Shown here: positions 38,371-47,340 of the stretch, piece after piece
Position numbering within the stretch: position 1 is the stretch's first letter
Layout: every line of letters begins with the position of its first letter
NCBI GenBank assembly: GCA_963701485.1
Contig: CAVPAA010000007.1
Span: forward strand, 6,894-70,893
Reading direction: 5' to 3'
DNA length: 64,000 nt
Origin: an uncultured Actinomycetota bacterium
Lineage (GTDB): Bacteria; Actinomycetota; Actinomycetes; Propionibacteriales; Nocardioidaceae
Notes under the pieces: model-generated
The model's input: only the letters and a program-made list of their open reading frames with translations
Database searches by the model: none
Told to the model about the DNA's origin: nothing
Made by a program: the position numbers and the translations under genes

Positions 38371-39888
38371 TCAGCCGGCGCTGAACTCGACCGCGTGCCA
38401 GCCGGTCGCGCCGTCCGGGTCCGGGGAGCGCACGACGCTGGTCTGGGTCTCGCCGTCCTTGCCGGTCGCCCGGACCCGGACCTCGTGGTCACCCTCCGGC
38501 ACGTCGATCGTCACCGCCCACTGCACCCAGGTGTCCACCGACGGCACGCCGCCGAGCTCGGCCCGGGTCCACTCGCCGCCGTCGACCTGCACCTCGACGT
38601 GGTCGATGCCGGTGTGCTGGTGCCAGGCCACGCCGCCGAACGACACCGGGCCGGCCGCGACGTCGTCACCGGAGCGCGGGACGTCGATGCGCGAGGCGAT
38701 CTTGACCGGACCCTCGGCGGACCAGCCCCTCGTCGTCCAGTAGCCGGTCGACTCGGCGAACGTGCTCACCTCGAGGTCCACGACCCACTTGGTGGCCGAG
38801 ACGTAGCCGTAGAGGCCCGGCACGATCGTGCGCACCGGGAAGCCGTGCTCGATGGGCAGCGGGCGGCCGTTCATGGCCACCGCGAGCATGGCGTCGCGCT
38901 CGTCGGTGAGGGCCTCCAGCGGGGTCGCGCAGGTCCAGCCGTCGTGCGAGGTCTGCAGCACGCAGTCGGCGTCGTCGGAGACGCCGAGGCCGGCGAGCAG
39001 GTCGGCGATGCGGATGCCGCTCCAGCGGGCGTTGCCCACCAGGCCGCCGCCGACCTCGTTGCTGACGCAGTTGAGCGTGATCCACGACTGCGTCATCCGT
39101 CGGGCGACCAGGTCGGAGAAGCTGAGGGTCAGCTCGCGGTCGACCATGCCGTGGATGCGCAGCGACCACTCCTCCGGCTCGATGGTGGGCTTCGCGATGG
39201 TCGTGTCGATCAGGTAGAAGTCCTCGTTGGGCGTCTCCCAGGGCGCGATGCCGGCCAGGCCGACCGAGGTGCTCGCGGGCGCCTGACGCCGGGTGACCCC
39301 GGGGATGCGCAGCAGCCGCCGGCTGACCTCGACGTGCCGGCGGCCTGCCCCCACCAGCCGCCCGGCGACGGCGATGCCGACGGCGGCGACCGACACGGCA
39401 CCGGCGACCATGAGGAAGACGCGTCGCTCGCGCGACTCCAGGTCGGGACGACCCCGCTCCCGGCGCAGGGCGTCGGTGAGCGCGGAGTGCAGCGTGACCC
39501 AGGTGAGCAGGCCGACGGCGACCGGCAGGGCGTCCACCGCTCCGGCGCCACGCTGGCTCAGGACGGCGACCAGGCCCACCCCCGCGAGCGGGAACCAGAC
39601 GAACAGCGGCCGGTACCAGCCGCCGCGGGCCAGCAGCCCCGCCAGCGCGAACAGGCCCAGGAGCAGGAGGAGGACGACGCCGACGAGGAACGGCTTGTCG
39701 AAGGTGCCGAGCACCGAGATCGCCCGCTCGGCGACCGGTCCGGGCGTGAGCCGGATGACCAGCTCCGCCACCGCCACCACCGGCGCCTCCCGGATGGTGA
39801 GCACCATCGCGGTCGCGTAGCTCGTCGCCAGGCCGGCGAGACCGGCCAGCACGCCGGCGAGCACCCAGGGAGCACGGCGAGCGGTCAC
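38371..39888 (-). CDS. molybdopterin-dependent oxidoreductase (sulfite-oxidase family) with N-terminal membrane domain
   Basis: 505 aa. About 5 TM helices, then ...NEDFYLIDT...WSLRIHG...ITLNCVSNEVGG...RWSG...HGFPVRTIVPGLYGYVSATKWV.. and an Ig-like C-terminus. Confidence 0.85.
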   Translation of the reverse strand: MTARRAPWVLAGVLAGLAGLATSYATAMVLTIREAPVVAVAELVIRLTPGPVAERAISVLGTFDKPFLVGVVLLLLLGLFALAGLLARGGWYRPLFVWFPLAGVGLVAVLSQRGAGAVDALPVAVGLLTWVTLHSALTDALRRERGRPDLESRERRVFLMVAGAVSVAAVGIAVAGRLVGAGRRHVEVSRRLLRIPGVTRRQAPASTSVGLAGIAPWETPNEDFYLIDTTIAKPTIEPEEWSLRIHGMVDRELTLSFSDLVARRMTQSWITLNCVSNEVGGGLVGNARWSGIRIADLLAGLGVSDDADCVLQTSHDGWTCATPLEALTDERDAMLAVAMNGRPLPIEHGFPVRTIVPGLYGYVSATKWVVDLEVSTFAESTGYWTTRGWSAEGPVKIASRIDVPRSGDDVAAGPVSFGGVAWHQHTGIDHVEVQVDGGEWTRAELGGVPSVDTWVQWAVTIDVPEGDHEVRVRATGKDGETQTSVVRSPDPDGATGWHAVEFSAG

Positions 39889-39925
39889 GGGACCATTGTG
39901 ACGGGCGGTCCGGCATGATGCCGAC

Positions 39926-40411
39926 GTGACCTCCCCCTACCCCGCCCCCCGCATCGGCATCGGCACGGACGTGCACCGGCTCGTCGTCGGTGTACCCATG
40001 CACCTCGCCGGCCTGGCGTGGCCGGACGAGCCGGCCGGGCTCGAGGGTCACTCCGATGCCGACGTGGCCGCCCACGCCGCGTGCGACGCCCTGTTCTCGG
40101 CCGCCGGTCTCGGCGACCTGGGCAGCAACTTCGGCACCTCTGCGCCCGAGTGGGCCGGAGCGTCGGGCGCCGCCCTGCTGGAGGAGACCGCCCGCCGGGT
40201 GCGGGCCGAGGGGTGGGAGATCGGCAACGTCGCCGTGCAGGTCATCGGCAACGTCCCGCGGCTCGGCCCGCGCCGCGACGAGGCCGTCGCGGCGCTGACG
40301 GCCGCCCTCGGGGCCACGGTCAGCCTGTCCGCGACCACCACCGACGGCCTCGGGCTGACCGGCCGCGGCGAGGGCGTGGCGGCGATCGCCACCGCGCTCC
40401 TCACCCGCTGA
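39926..40411 (+). CDS. ispF: 2-C-methyl-D-erythritol 2,4-cyclodiphosphate synthase
   Basis: [10 protein letters not shown]...[22 protein letters not shown]...W.GASG. GTG 39926. Confidence 0.92.
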   Translation: MTSPYPAPRIGIGTDVHRLVVGVPMHLAGLAWPDEPAGLEGHSDADVAAHAACDALFSAAGLGDLGSNFGTSAPEWAGASGAALLEETARRVRAEGWEIGNVAVQVIGNVPRLGPRRDEAVAALTAALGATVSLSATTTDGLGLTGRGEGVAAIATALLTR

Positions 40412-40421
40412 GGCCGCGCGC

Positions 40422-41105
40422 GTGTCCACCGCTGTCGTCATCCTCGCCGCCGGCTCGGGCAGCCGGGTCGGCGCCGAGGTCAACAAGGTCCTGCTGCCGC
40501 TGCGGGGCGTCCCCGTGCTGGCGTGGTCGGTGCGCGACGCGCTCGCGCTGCCGGACGTACGCCGCCTCGTCCTCGTCGTGCGCCCCGAGGACCGCCCGGC
40601 GGTGGAGTCGGCCGTCGCCCCGTACCTCGGCGACCACGAGGTGCTGGTCGTCGACGGCGGTGCGACGCGGCACGCCTCGGAGTGGGCCGCGCTGCGGGTG
40701 CTGGCCCCCGACGTCGAGTCGGGCGAGGTCGACGTCGTGGTCGTCCACGACGGCGCCCGGCCGCTGGCGGGGCGTCCCCTGTGGGAGGCGGTGGTCGCCG
40801 CCGCCCGCGAGGTGGGCGGAGCCATCCCGGTGGTCCCGGTGACCCACCTGCTGAGGCACGACCAGCGGCTCGTCGGCGAGCGGGTGGGCGGCGTGCAGAC
40901 GCCGCAGGCCTTCCGCGCCCACGACGTGCTGGCGGCCTACCGGGCGGCGTCGGACGACGGCTTCGAGGGCACCGACACCTCGGCGTGCGTCGCCGCCTAC
41001 CGCGACGTCGCCGTCGCGGCCGTGCCCGGCAGCCCGCTCAACCTCAAGGTCACCTTCCCCGAGGACGTCGCGCTGGCCGAGGAGCTCAGCCCGGCGGAGC
41101 GGTGA
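40422..41105 (+). CDS. ispD: 2-C-methyl-D-erythritol 4-phosphate cytidylyltransferase
   Basis: [54 protein letters not shown]. Starts 10 nt after ispF. Confidence 0.88.
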   Translation: MSTAVVILAAGSGSRVGAEVNKVLLPLRGVPVLAWSVRDALALPDVRRLVLVVRPEDRPAVESAVAPYLGDHEVLVVDGGATRHASEWAALRVLAPDVESGEVDVVVVHDGARPLAGRPLWEAVVAAAREVGGAIPVVPVTHLLRHDQRLVGERVGGVQTPQAFRAHDVLAAYRAASDDGFEGTDTSACVAAYRDVAVAAVPGSPLNLKVTFPEDVALAEELSPAER

Positions 41106-41679
41106 GCGCGTCGAGGAGGCGTACGTCGTCGGGCGAGGACACCCGCCGACCCTCCGGGGGTGCCTCGAGCGTCTCGACCGCGTGACCGGCGGCCGCCAGG
41201 TCGGCGACCGCCCGGGCGAGGTCGGACGACGGCCACCGCGGCAGGGATGCCAGGACGGCGGCCGGGACGACGAGGGGCGAGGCGACGGCCACCAGGGCGT
41301 CGCGGTCGAGCGTCTCGCCGACGATCGGTCCGGTGGGGCCGTCGGCGACCACCTTGACGGTGTCGGTCACCGGGCGGACGCCCACGACGGGGCGCCCTGT
41401 CTCGCGCGCGTGCTCGAGGCAGGCGGCGAGGAAGGCCGGCGGCGTCATCGGGCACAGGGCGTCGTGGAGGACCAGGTCCTCCTCGGACCCGACGAGCCCC
41501 TCCCACGACACGGACGCGTCGAGGAGGTCCACCCCGGACGCGCCCAGCGCCCACGCGGCGCACGCCACCAGCGCGTCGCCGTGGATCAGCGCGTAGGGCA
41601 GGGTGCCGCGGTCCTCGTCCAGAACGAGACCGAGGCCCCGGGGAACGTCGTCCCAGGGGCCTCGGTCGGCGTCGTCCAC
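41086..41679 (-). CDS. IspD-like paralogue lacking the N-terminal nucleotide-binding motifs (probably non-catalytic or diverged)
   Basis: 197 aa. [16 protein letters not shown]...[33 protein letters not shown] aligns by eye with the IspD core. The AAGxGxR and conserved Lys loop are replaced by [17 protein letters not shown]. Lies 2 nt downstream of carD. Its 3' end overlaps ispD by 20 nt. Confidence 0.65.
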   Translation of the reverse strand: MDDADRGPWDDVPRGLGLVLDEDRGTLPYALIHGDALVACAAWALGASGVDLLDASVSWEGLVGSEEDLVLHDALCPMTPPAFLAACLEHARETGRPVVGVRPVTDTVKVVADGPTGPIVGETLDRDALVAVASPLVVPAAVLASLPRWPSSDLARAVADLAAAGHAVETLEAPPEGRRVSSPDDVRLLDALTAPPG

Positions 41680-41681
41680 GC

Positions 41682-42167
41682 TCAGGAGGCGAGCACCTCG
41701 TCGAGCATGGCCTCGGCCTTGTCCTCGTTGGTCTTCTCGGCGAGCGCCAGCTCGGAGACCAGGATCTGCCGTGCCTTGGCCAGCATCCGCTTCTCGCCGG
41801 CCGACAGCCCGCGGTCACGCTCGCGGCGCCACAGGTCGCGGACGACCTCCGACACCTTCATCACGTCACCCGAGTGCAGCTTCTCCAGGTTCGCCTTGTA
41901 GCGGCGCGACCAGTTGGTCGGCTCCTCGACGTGGGCGGCCCGCAGCACGTCGAAGACGCGGTCGAGGCCTTCCTTGTCGACGACGTCGCGGACGCCGACG
42001 AGATCGAGGTTGCAGGCCGGCACGCGCACGACCAGGTCCTGCTGGGCGACGATCCGGAGGACGAGGTACTCGCGGTCCTCTCCCTTGATCGTCCGGGTCT
42101 CGATCTCCTCGATGACCGCGGCCCCGTGATTGGGATAGACGACCGTTTCGCCAACGGTGAAAGTCAT
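41682..42167 (-). CDS. carD: CarD family transcriptional regulator
   Basis: [38 protein letters not shown]...[14 protein letters not shown]. 161 aa. Confidence 0.95.
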   Translation of the reverse strand: MTFTVGETVVYPNHGAAVIEEIETRTIKGEDREYLVLRIVAQQDLVVRVPACNLDLVGVRDVVDKEGLDRVFDVLRAAHVEEPTNWSRRYKANLEKLHSGDVMKVSEVVRDLWRRERDRGLSAGEKRMLAKARQILVSELALAEKTNEDKAEAMLDEVLAS

Positions 42168-42194
42168 ATGTTCAGTTCCCCTTCCTAGGTGAAC

Positions 42195-42203
42195 ATTCTA
42201 ACA
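42195..42203 (-). promoter_or_regulatory. candidate extended -10 (TGTTAGAAT) for carD
   Basis: Minus strand reads cgTGtTAGAATgttcacctaGGAAGGGGaactgaacatATG. The -10 lies about 28 nt upstream of the carD ATG, with an RBS in between. No clear -35. Confidence 0.4.
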
Positions 42204-42324
42204 CGGCTTCGAGGCACCTCCAGCCGCGTTTGCGCAGGTCAGAGGCCCTATGCGGGCTTGACAAGTCACCCGTTGCTGTGGTGCGAGCCTCCCGCCGACC
42301 CCCCGCTGAGCCATACTGCGGCCC

Positions 42325-43047
42325 ATGCCTCGGGCCCTTGCCACGACCCTGTCGACGACCCCGTCGCTGCTCCTCGCCCGGGCAGCCCACCCGCGCCAGG
42401 CGGTCGTGACCGCGGCCGCGCTGGGCACCGCCGCGGCGGTCGCCGGACGCCCGCTGCGCGAGGTCGGCCTCGTCGCCGCCACGGTCCTGGTCGGCCAGTC
42501 GCTGCTGGGCTGGGCCGACGACCTCACCGACCGCGAGCGCGACACCCGACGGCGCCCCGACAAGCCGCTCGCCTCGGGCCGGCTCGACCCCGGCACCGTG
42601 TGGTTCGCGCTCACCTGCGCCTTCCTGCTCGTCGTACCGCTCGCCGTCGCCAACGGACGCCGGGCCGGGGCGACGTACCTCGCGCTCCTGGCGGTCTCCG
42701 CGGTCGGTGACCGGTTCCTGCACGCACGGGCGCTGTCGTTCGTGCCGTGGATGGCGAGCTTCGCGCTCTACCCCGCGTTCCTGGCGTACGGCGGCTGGGG
42801 CGGGGTCGGCTCCCCGACGCCGCCCGTGCCGGTGATGGTCGCCCTGGCGGCAGCCCTCGGGCTCGGCGTCCACGTGCTGCTCGCGCTGCCGGGCCTCGTG
42901 CACGACCACGAGGAGGGGGAGAAGTCGTTCCCGATGCTGGTGGCGCTGCGCACCGGCACCCCTCGCCTCCTGCTGCTGGCGGGCGCGTGGACCGGCCTCG
43001 TCCTCGCCGCCATCCTGATCTCAGGGCGGACCGTCGGACTGAGCTGA
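42325..43047 (+). CDS. UbiA-prenyltransferase-like integral membrane protein
   Basis: 240 aa, about 7 TM helices. Asp-rich motif GWADDLTDRERD resembles the first UbiA motif (NDxxDxxxD). The second motif is unclear. Confidence 0.5.
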   Translation: MPRALATTLSTTPSLLLARAAHPRQAVVTAAALGTAAAVAGRPLREVGLVAATVLVGQSLLGWADDLTDRERDTRRRPDKPLASGRLDPGTVWFALTCAFLLVVPLAVANGRRAGATYLALLAVSAVGDRFLHARALSFVPWMASFALYPAFLAYGGWGGVGSPTPPVPVMVALAAALGLGVHVLLALPGLVHDHEEGEKSFPMLVALRTGTPRLLLLAGAWTGLVLAAILISGRTVGLS

Positions 43048-43068
43048 GCCGACGCTAGGCTGTCAGCC

Positions 43069-43554
43069 ATGCGACTCCGATCCCTCGCGACCGCCGCCGC
43101 GGTCATCGCTCTCGCCGCCCCGCTGACCTCGTGTGGGTTCGACTACGCCACCGAGCGCGACTACACCCCCGCCGGCGGCGCCAACAGCCGCGAGGGCGTG
43201 GTCGACCTGCTCTCCGCCGTGGTGGTCTCCGGCGCCGAGGGGTCCGGCACCTTCGTGGCCTCGCTGTCCAACAACGACGGCGTCGACGAGCAGAGCCTCA
43301 CCGCCATCTCCGCCGGTGACCCCGGCGCTGACGGCACGACCGTCGAGGCCGCCGAGTTCGAGCCCGTCGCCGTCCCGCCCTCCGGCCTGGTCAACCTGGC
43401 CGAGCCGCCGGCCGACATCGTCCTGACCGGCGACTTCGCCGCGGGCGACTTCGTCGCGCTGTCCTTCGACTTCGGCAACGGCGAGCGCGTCTCGCTCAAC
43501 GTCCCGGTCGTCCCCGACGACTTCGGCTACTGGGAAGGCATGGACGCCTCATGA
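43069..43554 (+). CDS. lipoprotein of unknown function (LpqE-like position next to carD)
   Basis: Lipobox signal [23 protein letters not shown]. 161 aa. Its stop overlaps the gpmA start (ATGA). Confidence 0.65.
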   Translation: MRLRSLATAAAVIALAAPLTSCGFDYATERDYTPAGGANSREGVVDLLSAVVVSGAEGSGTFVASLSNNDGVDEQSLTAISAGDPGADGTTVEAAEFEPVAVPPSGLVNLAEPPADIVLTGDFAAGDFVALSFDFGNGERVSLNVPVVPDDFGYWEGMDAS

Positions 43555-44294
43555 CGCACACGCTCGTCCTGCTCCGCCACGGCGAGAGCGAGTGGAACGC
43601 CAAGAACCTCTTCACCGGCTGGGTCGACGTCGACCTCACCGAGAAGGGCCGTGCCGAGGCGGTCCGCGGGGGCGAGCTGCTGGTCGAGGCCGGGCTGCTG
43701 CCCGACATCGTGCACACCTCGCTCCAGCGCCGGGCGATCACCACCGCCCACCTGTCGCTGAACGCCGCCGACCGCCACTGGATCCCGGTGAAGCGCTCGT
43801 GGCGGCTCAACGAGCGCCACTACGGTGCGCTCCAGGGCAAGGACAAGAAGCAGACCCTCGATGAGTACGGCGAGGAGCAGTTCATGCTCTGGCGCCGCTC
43901 GTTCGACACCCCGCCGCCGCCGCTCGACGACTCCTCGGAGTTCTCCCAGGCCGCCGACCCGCGCTACGCCGACCTCGGCGACGAGCTGCCGCGCACCGAG
44001 TGCCTCAAGGACGTCATCGCCCGCTTCCTGCCCTACTGGGAGGCCGAGATCGTGCCGGACCTGCAGTCCGGCCGGACCGTGCTGGTGGCCGCCCACGGCA
44101 ACAGCCTGCGCGCGCTGGTCAAGCACCTCGACCAGATCAGCGACGAGGACATCGCCGGCCTCAACATCCCCACCGGCATGCCGCTGGTCTACCGCCTCGA
44201 CGAGGACATGCGTCCCACCGTCTCCGGTGGCGAGTACCTCGACCCCGAGGCCGCCGCGGCCGCTGCCGCAGCCGTCGCCAACCAGGGTCGCTGA
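43551..44294 (+). CDS. gpmA: 2,3-bisphosphoglycerate-dependent phosphoglycerate mutase
   Basis: [20 protein letters not shown]...[22 protein letters not shown]. Confidence 0.95.
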   Translation: MTHTLVLLRHGESEWNAKNLFTGWVDVDLTEKGRAEAVRGGELLVEAGLLPDIVHTSLQRRAITTAHLSLNAADRHWIPVKRSWRLNERHYGALQGKDKKQTLDEYGEEQFMLWRRSFDTPPPPLDDSSEFSQAADPRYADLGDELPRTECLKDVIARFLPYWEAEIVPDLQSGRTVLVAAHGNSLRALVKHLDQISDEDIAGLNIPTGMPLVYRLDEDMRPTVSGGEYLDPEAAAAAAAAVANQGR

Positions 44295-44302
44295 GACTCC
44301 TC

Positions 44303-44448
44303 TCGACACGCCGGGTCGGTGGCTCACCCACATTCCAAGCCTTCGGAGTGTGGCTCCGGCACCGCCCGGCCGCGCGCCGTCGTACGACACGCCGGCGGGC
44401 GGTGGCCCACCCACGTTCCGGGCAGCCGGAATGTGGCTCCGGCACCGC
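44303..44448. repeat. two copies of a hairpin-containing intergenic repeat (about 48-65 nt, 83-nt period)
   Basis: GGTGGCTCACCCACATTCCAAGCCTTCGGAGTGTGGCTCCGGCACCGC (44318-44365) versus GGTGGCCCACCCACGTTCCGGGCAGCCGGAATGTGGCTCCGGCACCGC (44401-44448). Both are preceded by CGACACGCCGG. Each has an internal stem CCACrTTCC...GGAaTGTGG. Confidence 0.75.
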
Positions 44449-44478
44449 TCCAGCGGAGCGGCACCGCAGCGGCGTACG

Positions 44479-45129
44479 TCAGTCGCGCGGGGGCAGGTCG
44501 CCGGTGACGACGAAGACGACCCGGTTGGCGACCGAGACGGCGTGGTCGGCGATGCGCTCGTAGTAGCGGCCGAGGAGGGCGATGTCGACCGCGGCCTCGA
44601 CGCCGTGCTGCCAGTCGGTGGAGAGCAGCTCGGTGAAGCTGCGGCGGCGCAGCTGGTCCATCACCTCGTCGTCGCGGCCGAGCTCGATGGCCGCCTCGAC
44701 GTCGCGGTCGACGATGATGTCCCGCACCCGGCGCACCATGTCCTCGGCCGTGCGGGCCATCTGCTCCATGGTGGGACGCAGCTCGTCGGGCACCGCGACC
44801 GACGGCACGCGCAGCCGGGCGATCTTCGCGACGTGGACCGAGAGGTCGCCCATCCGCTCGAGCTCGCTGACCATCCGCAGCGCGGAGACGATCATCCGCA
44901 GGTCGCCGGCCACGGGCTGCTGCAGCGAGAGCAGCGCGAACGCCGTGTCGTCGACCCGCTCGCGGGCCGCGTCGATCGCCTTGTCGTTGCTGATCACCTG
45001 GTCCGCGGTGTGCACGTCGCCGCTCAGCAGCGCCTTGGTGGCCTCGCGCACGGCGATCTCGACCTGTCCGCAGATGTCGGACAGGTCGGCGAAGATGCCG
45101 TCGAGCTGGTCATGGAAAGCCTCACGCAT
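44479..45129 (-). CDS. phoU: phosphate signalling complex protein PhoU
   Basis: 216 aa from ATG 45129, with two PhoU repeats (D..ID..E, ..E.MGD.., ..ERI.DHA). Confidence 0.92.
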   Translation of the reverse strand: MREAFHDQLDGIFADLSDICGQVEIAVREATKALLSGDVHTADQVISNDKAIDAARERVDDTAFALLSLQQPVAGDLRMIVSALRMVSELERMGDLSVHVAKIARLRVPSVAVPDELRPTMEQMARTAEDMVRRVRDIIVDRDVEAAIELGRDDEVMDQLRRRSFTELLSTDWQHGVEAAVDIALLGRYYERIADHAVSVANRVVFVVTGDLPPRD

Positions 45130-45147
45130 GACGGGCACTGTAGGCAG

Positions 45148-45190
45148 CCGAAGCGAACAGATGTGCGTGCTCGATGAACGAGGGGTGAAC
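45148..45190 (-). promoter_or_regulatory. candidate PHO box (OmpR-family direct repeats) in the phoU/senX3 divergent region
   Basis: Minus strand: GTTCACCCCTC-GTTCATCGAGC are two abutting 11-nt units (45190-45169). A third, GTTCGCTTCGG, follows 10 nt further (45158-45148). They lie 20-60 nt upstream of the phoU ATG. GTTCA at 11-nt phasing resembles Streptomyces PhoP units. Confidence 0.45.
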
Positions 45191-45243
45191 ACTCCGTGCC
45201 GGGTGTCCGTCCGGTCAGGACACCCGTCCGCGATGCGTACGAT

Positions 45244-46479
45244 GTGAGCGTGGATCCGACGACGCAGGCTGCCTTGGCGGCATTCGTCGGGGCCATCGTG
45301 GCGGGCGGCGCGGTCCTCGCGTGGCACATCAGCGACCGGCAGCGGCACACCGCCCCCGCGGCAGAGCCGCCCGTCGTCCAGGCGGGCGTCGCGGCCGTCC
45401 TGAGCATCCTGCGGTCCAGCGCGGTCGTGGTCGACGAGTCCGATCACGTCCTCAAGGCCTCGGCGCCGGCGTACGCCTTCGGGCTGGTGCGCGGCAACAC
45501 CGTCCTGCTGCCCGAGCTGCTCGACCTCATCGCGCAGGTACGACGCGACGGGCAGATCCGCGAGAGCGACATCGACCTGCCCGCGACCGACGGCGGGTTC
45601 ACCCGCACGCTGACCGCGCGTGTGGCGCCGCTCGGGGCCAGGCTGGTGCTGGCGCTCGTCGAGGACCGCACCCGCGAGCGCCGCGTGGAGGCCGTGCGCC
45701 GCGACTTCGTCGCCAACGTCAGCCACGAGCTGAAGACACCCGTCGGCGCGATCCGTCTGCTCGCCGAGGCCGTCAACGACGCGGCCGACGACCCGGAGGC
45801 CGTGCAGCGCTTCGCCGGGCGGATGCTCACCGAGAGCGACCGGCTCTCCAAGCTCGTGCAGCAGATCATCGAGCTGTCCCGGCTGCAGGGCCACGACCCG
45901 CTCGAGCGGCCCGTCATGGTCGACCTCGAGGCCGCGGTCGCGACCGCCGTCGACACCAGTGCCATCGAGGCGGCCGCCAAGCAGATCACCGTGGAGTCGC
46001 GCGGCGAGCCGCACCTGGAGGTCTTCGGGTCGCAGGAGCAGATCGGCGCCGCGATCAGCAACCTCGTCGCCAACGCGGTCGCCTACTCCAACGCGGGCTC
46101 GCGCGTGGTCGTCACGACCAGGTCCGAGGGCGACCACGTCCAGATCTCGGTGGTCGACCAGGGCATCGGCATCCCGGCCGGCGACATCGACCGCATCTTC
46201 GAGCGGTTCTACCGCGTCGACCCGGCGCGCCACCGCTCGACGGGCGGCACCGGCCTCGGCCTCTCGATCGTCAAGCACGTCGCGGCCACCCACGGCGGCG
46301 ACATCGCCGTGTGGTCGGTGCAGGGACAGGGCTCGACCTTCACCCTCACGCTCCCCCGCAGCTCGGAGCCCGGCCAGGGCACCGGCAGCACCACCCCGGT
46401 CGAGGTGGTCGCCCCCGTGCGACCCACGACCGGCACCGATCCCGGACCACGCAGAGCACAGCAGGAGACCACGACATGA
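45244..46479 (+). CDS. senX3: sensor histidine kinase SenX3-like
   Basis: TM, PAS-like region, H-box FVANVSHELKTP, N box NLVANAV.YS, G boxes DQGIGIP and GGTGLGLSIVKH. Start uncertain (GTG 45244 or 45250; the track ORF starts at 45196). Confidence 0.85.
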   Translation: MSVDPTTQAALAAFVGAIVAGGAVLAWHISDRQRHTAPAAEPPVVQAGVAAVLSILRSSAVVVDESDHVLKASAPAYAFGLVRGNTVLLPELLDLIAQVRRDGQIRESDIDLPATDGGFTRTLTARVAPLGARLVLALVEDRTRERRVEAVRRDFVANVSHELKTPVGAIRLLAEAVNDAADDPEAVQRFAGRMLTESDRLSKLVQQIIELSRLQGHDPLERPVMVDLEAAVATAVDTSAIEAAAKQITVESRGEPHLEVFGSQEQIGAAISNLVANAVAYSNAGSRVVVTTRSEGDHVQISVVDQGIGIPAGDIDRIFERFYRVDPARHRSTGGTGLGLSIVKHVAATHGGDIAVWSVQGQGSTFTLTLPRSSEPGQGTGSTTPVEVVAPVRPTTGTDPGPRRAQQETTT

Positions 46480-47153
46480 CCCGCGTACTCGTCGTCGAGG
46501 ACGAAGAGAGCTACAGCGACGCCCTCGCCTACATGCTCCGCAAGGAGGGCTACGAGGTGGCGATCGCCGCCGACGGCAACACCGCCCTGACGGAGTTCGA
46601 CCGCTTCGGACCCGACATCGTCCTGCTCGACCTGATGCTCCCCGGGATCCCCGGCACGGAGGTCTGCCGGCAGATCCGCCAGACGTCGTCGGTCCCGGTG
46701 ATCATGGTGAGCGCCAAGGACGACGAGGTCGACAAGGTGGTCGGGCTCGAGCTCGGCGCCGACGACTACGTCACCAAGCCCTACTCGCCGCGCGAGCTGG
46801 TCGCCCGCATCCGCGCCGTGCTCCGCCGCGGCCAGGAGCCCGACCTGATGCCCGACACCCTCGAGGCGGGACCGGTCCGGATGGACGTCGAGCGCCACGT
46901 CGTCACCGTGGACGGGACCGAGCAGCGGCTGCCGCTCAAGGAGTTCGAGCTGCTCGAGATGTTCCTGCGCAACCCCGGCCGCGTGCTCACCCGGGGCCAG
47001 CTGATCGACCGGGTGTGGGGCTCCGACTACGTCGGCGACACCAAGACGCTCGACGTGCACGTCAAGCGGCTCCGCGCCAAGCTCGAGCCCGACCCGGGCG
47101 AGCCGAAGTACCTCGTCACCGTCCGCGGGCTGGGCTACAAGCTGGATCTCTGA
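46476..47153 (+). CDS. regX3: OmpR-family response regulator RegX3-like
   Basis: RVLVVEDE...DIVLLDLMLPG..G, KPYS.REL, winged-helix LTRGQLIDRVWG...TLDVHVKRLRAKLE...VRGLGY. ATGA overlap with the kinase stop. Confidence 0.9.
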   Translation: MTRVLVVEDEESYSDALAYMLRKEGYEVAIAADGNTALTEFDRFGPDIVLLDLMLPGIPGTEVCRQIRQTSSVPVIMVSAKDDEVDKVVGLELGADDYVTKPYSPRELVARIRAVLRRGQEPDLMPDTLEAGPVRMDVERHVVTVDGTEQRLPLKEFELLEMFLRNPGRVLTRGQLIDRVWGSDYVGDTKTLDVHVKRLRAKLEPDPGEPKYLVTVRGLGYKLDL

Positions 47154-47170
47154 GCCGAAGGGCAGAGATC
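47144..47170 (+). terminator. hairpin spanning the regX3 stop
   Basis: GGATCTCTG-agccgaagg-CAGAGATCC, a 9-bp stem. No U-tract. Confidence 0.4.
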
Positions 47171-47340
47171 CAGCGCGCCGCGCTGGGCAGCGATGGACGT
47201 GTCGAGATCTCCGACCCTGAGCCCGGTCCCGTGACGGGACTCCGTCCCTCCTCGACCAACGGCGGGAGCGCGGCGGGATGTCGGCGTACGACGTCCGAAA
47301 AGCGCTGGCGGTCCGTCATGACCGTACCTAGCCTTGACTT

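Noticed and set aside
47171-47340. Riboswitch or sRNA in the 187-nt leader of the DMT transporter
   Set aside because: Only a small hairpin (GTCCCG-tga-CGGGAC near 47224-47241) is present, and there is no recognisable conserved riboswitch motif. I cannot support a call without covariance-model searches.
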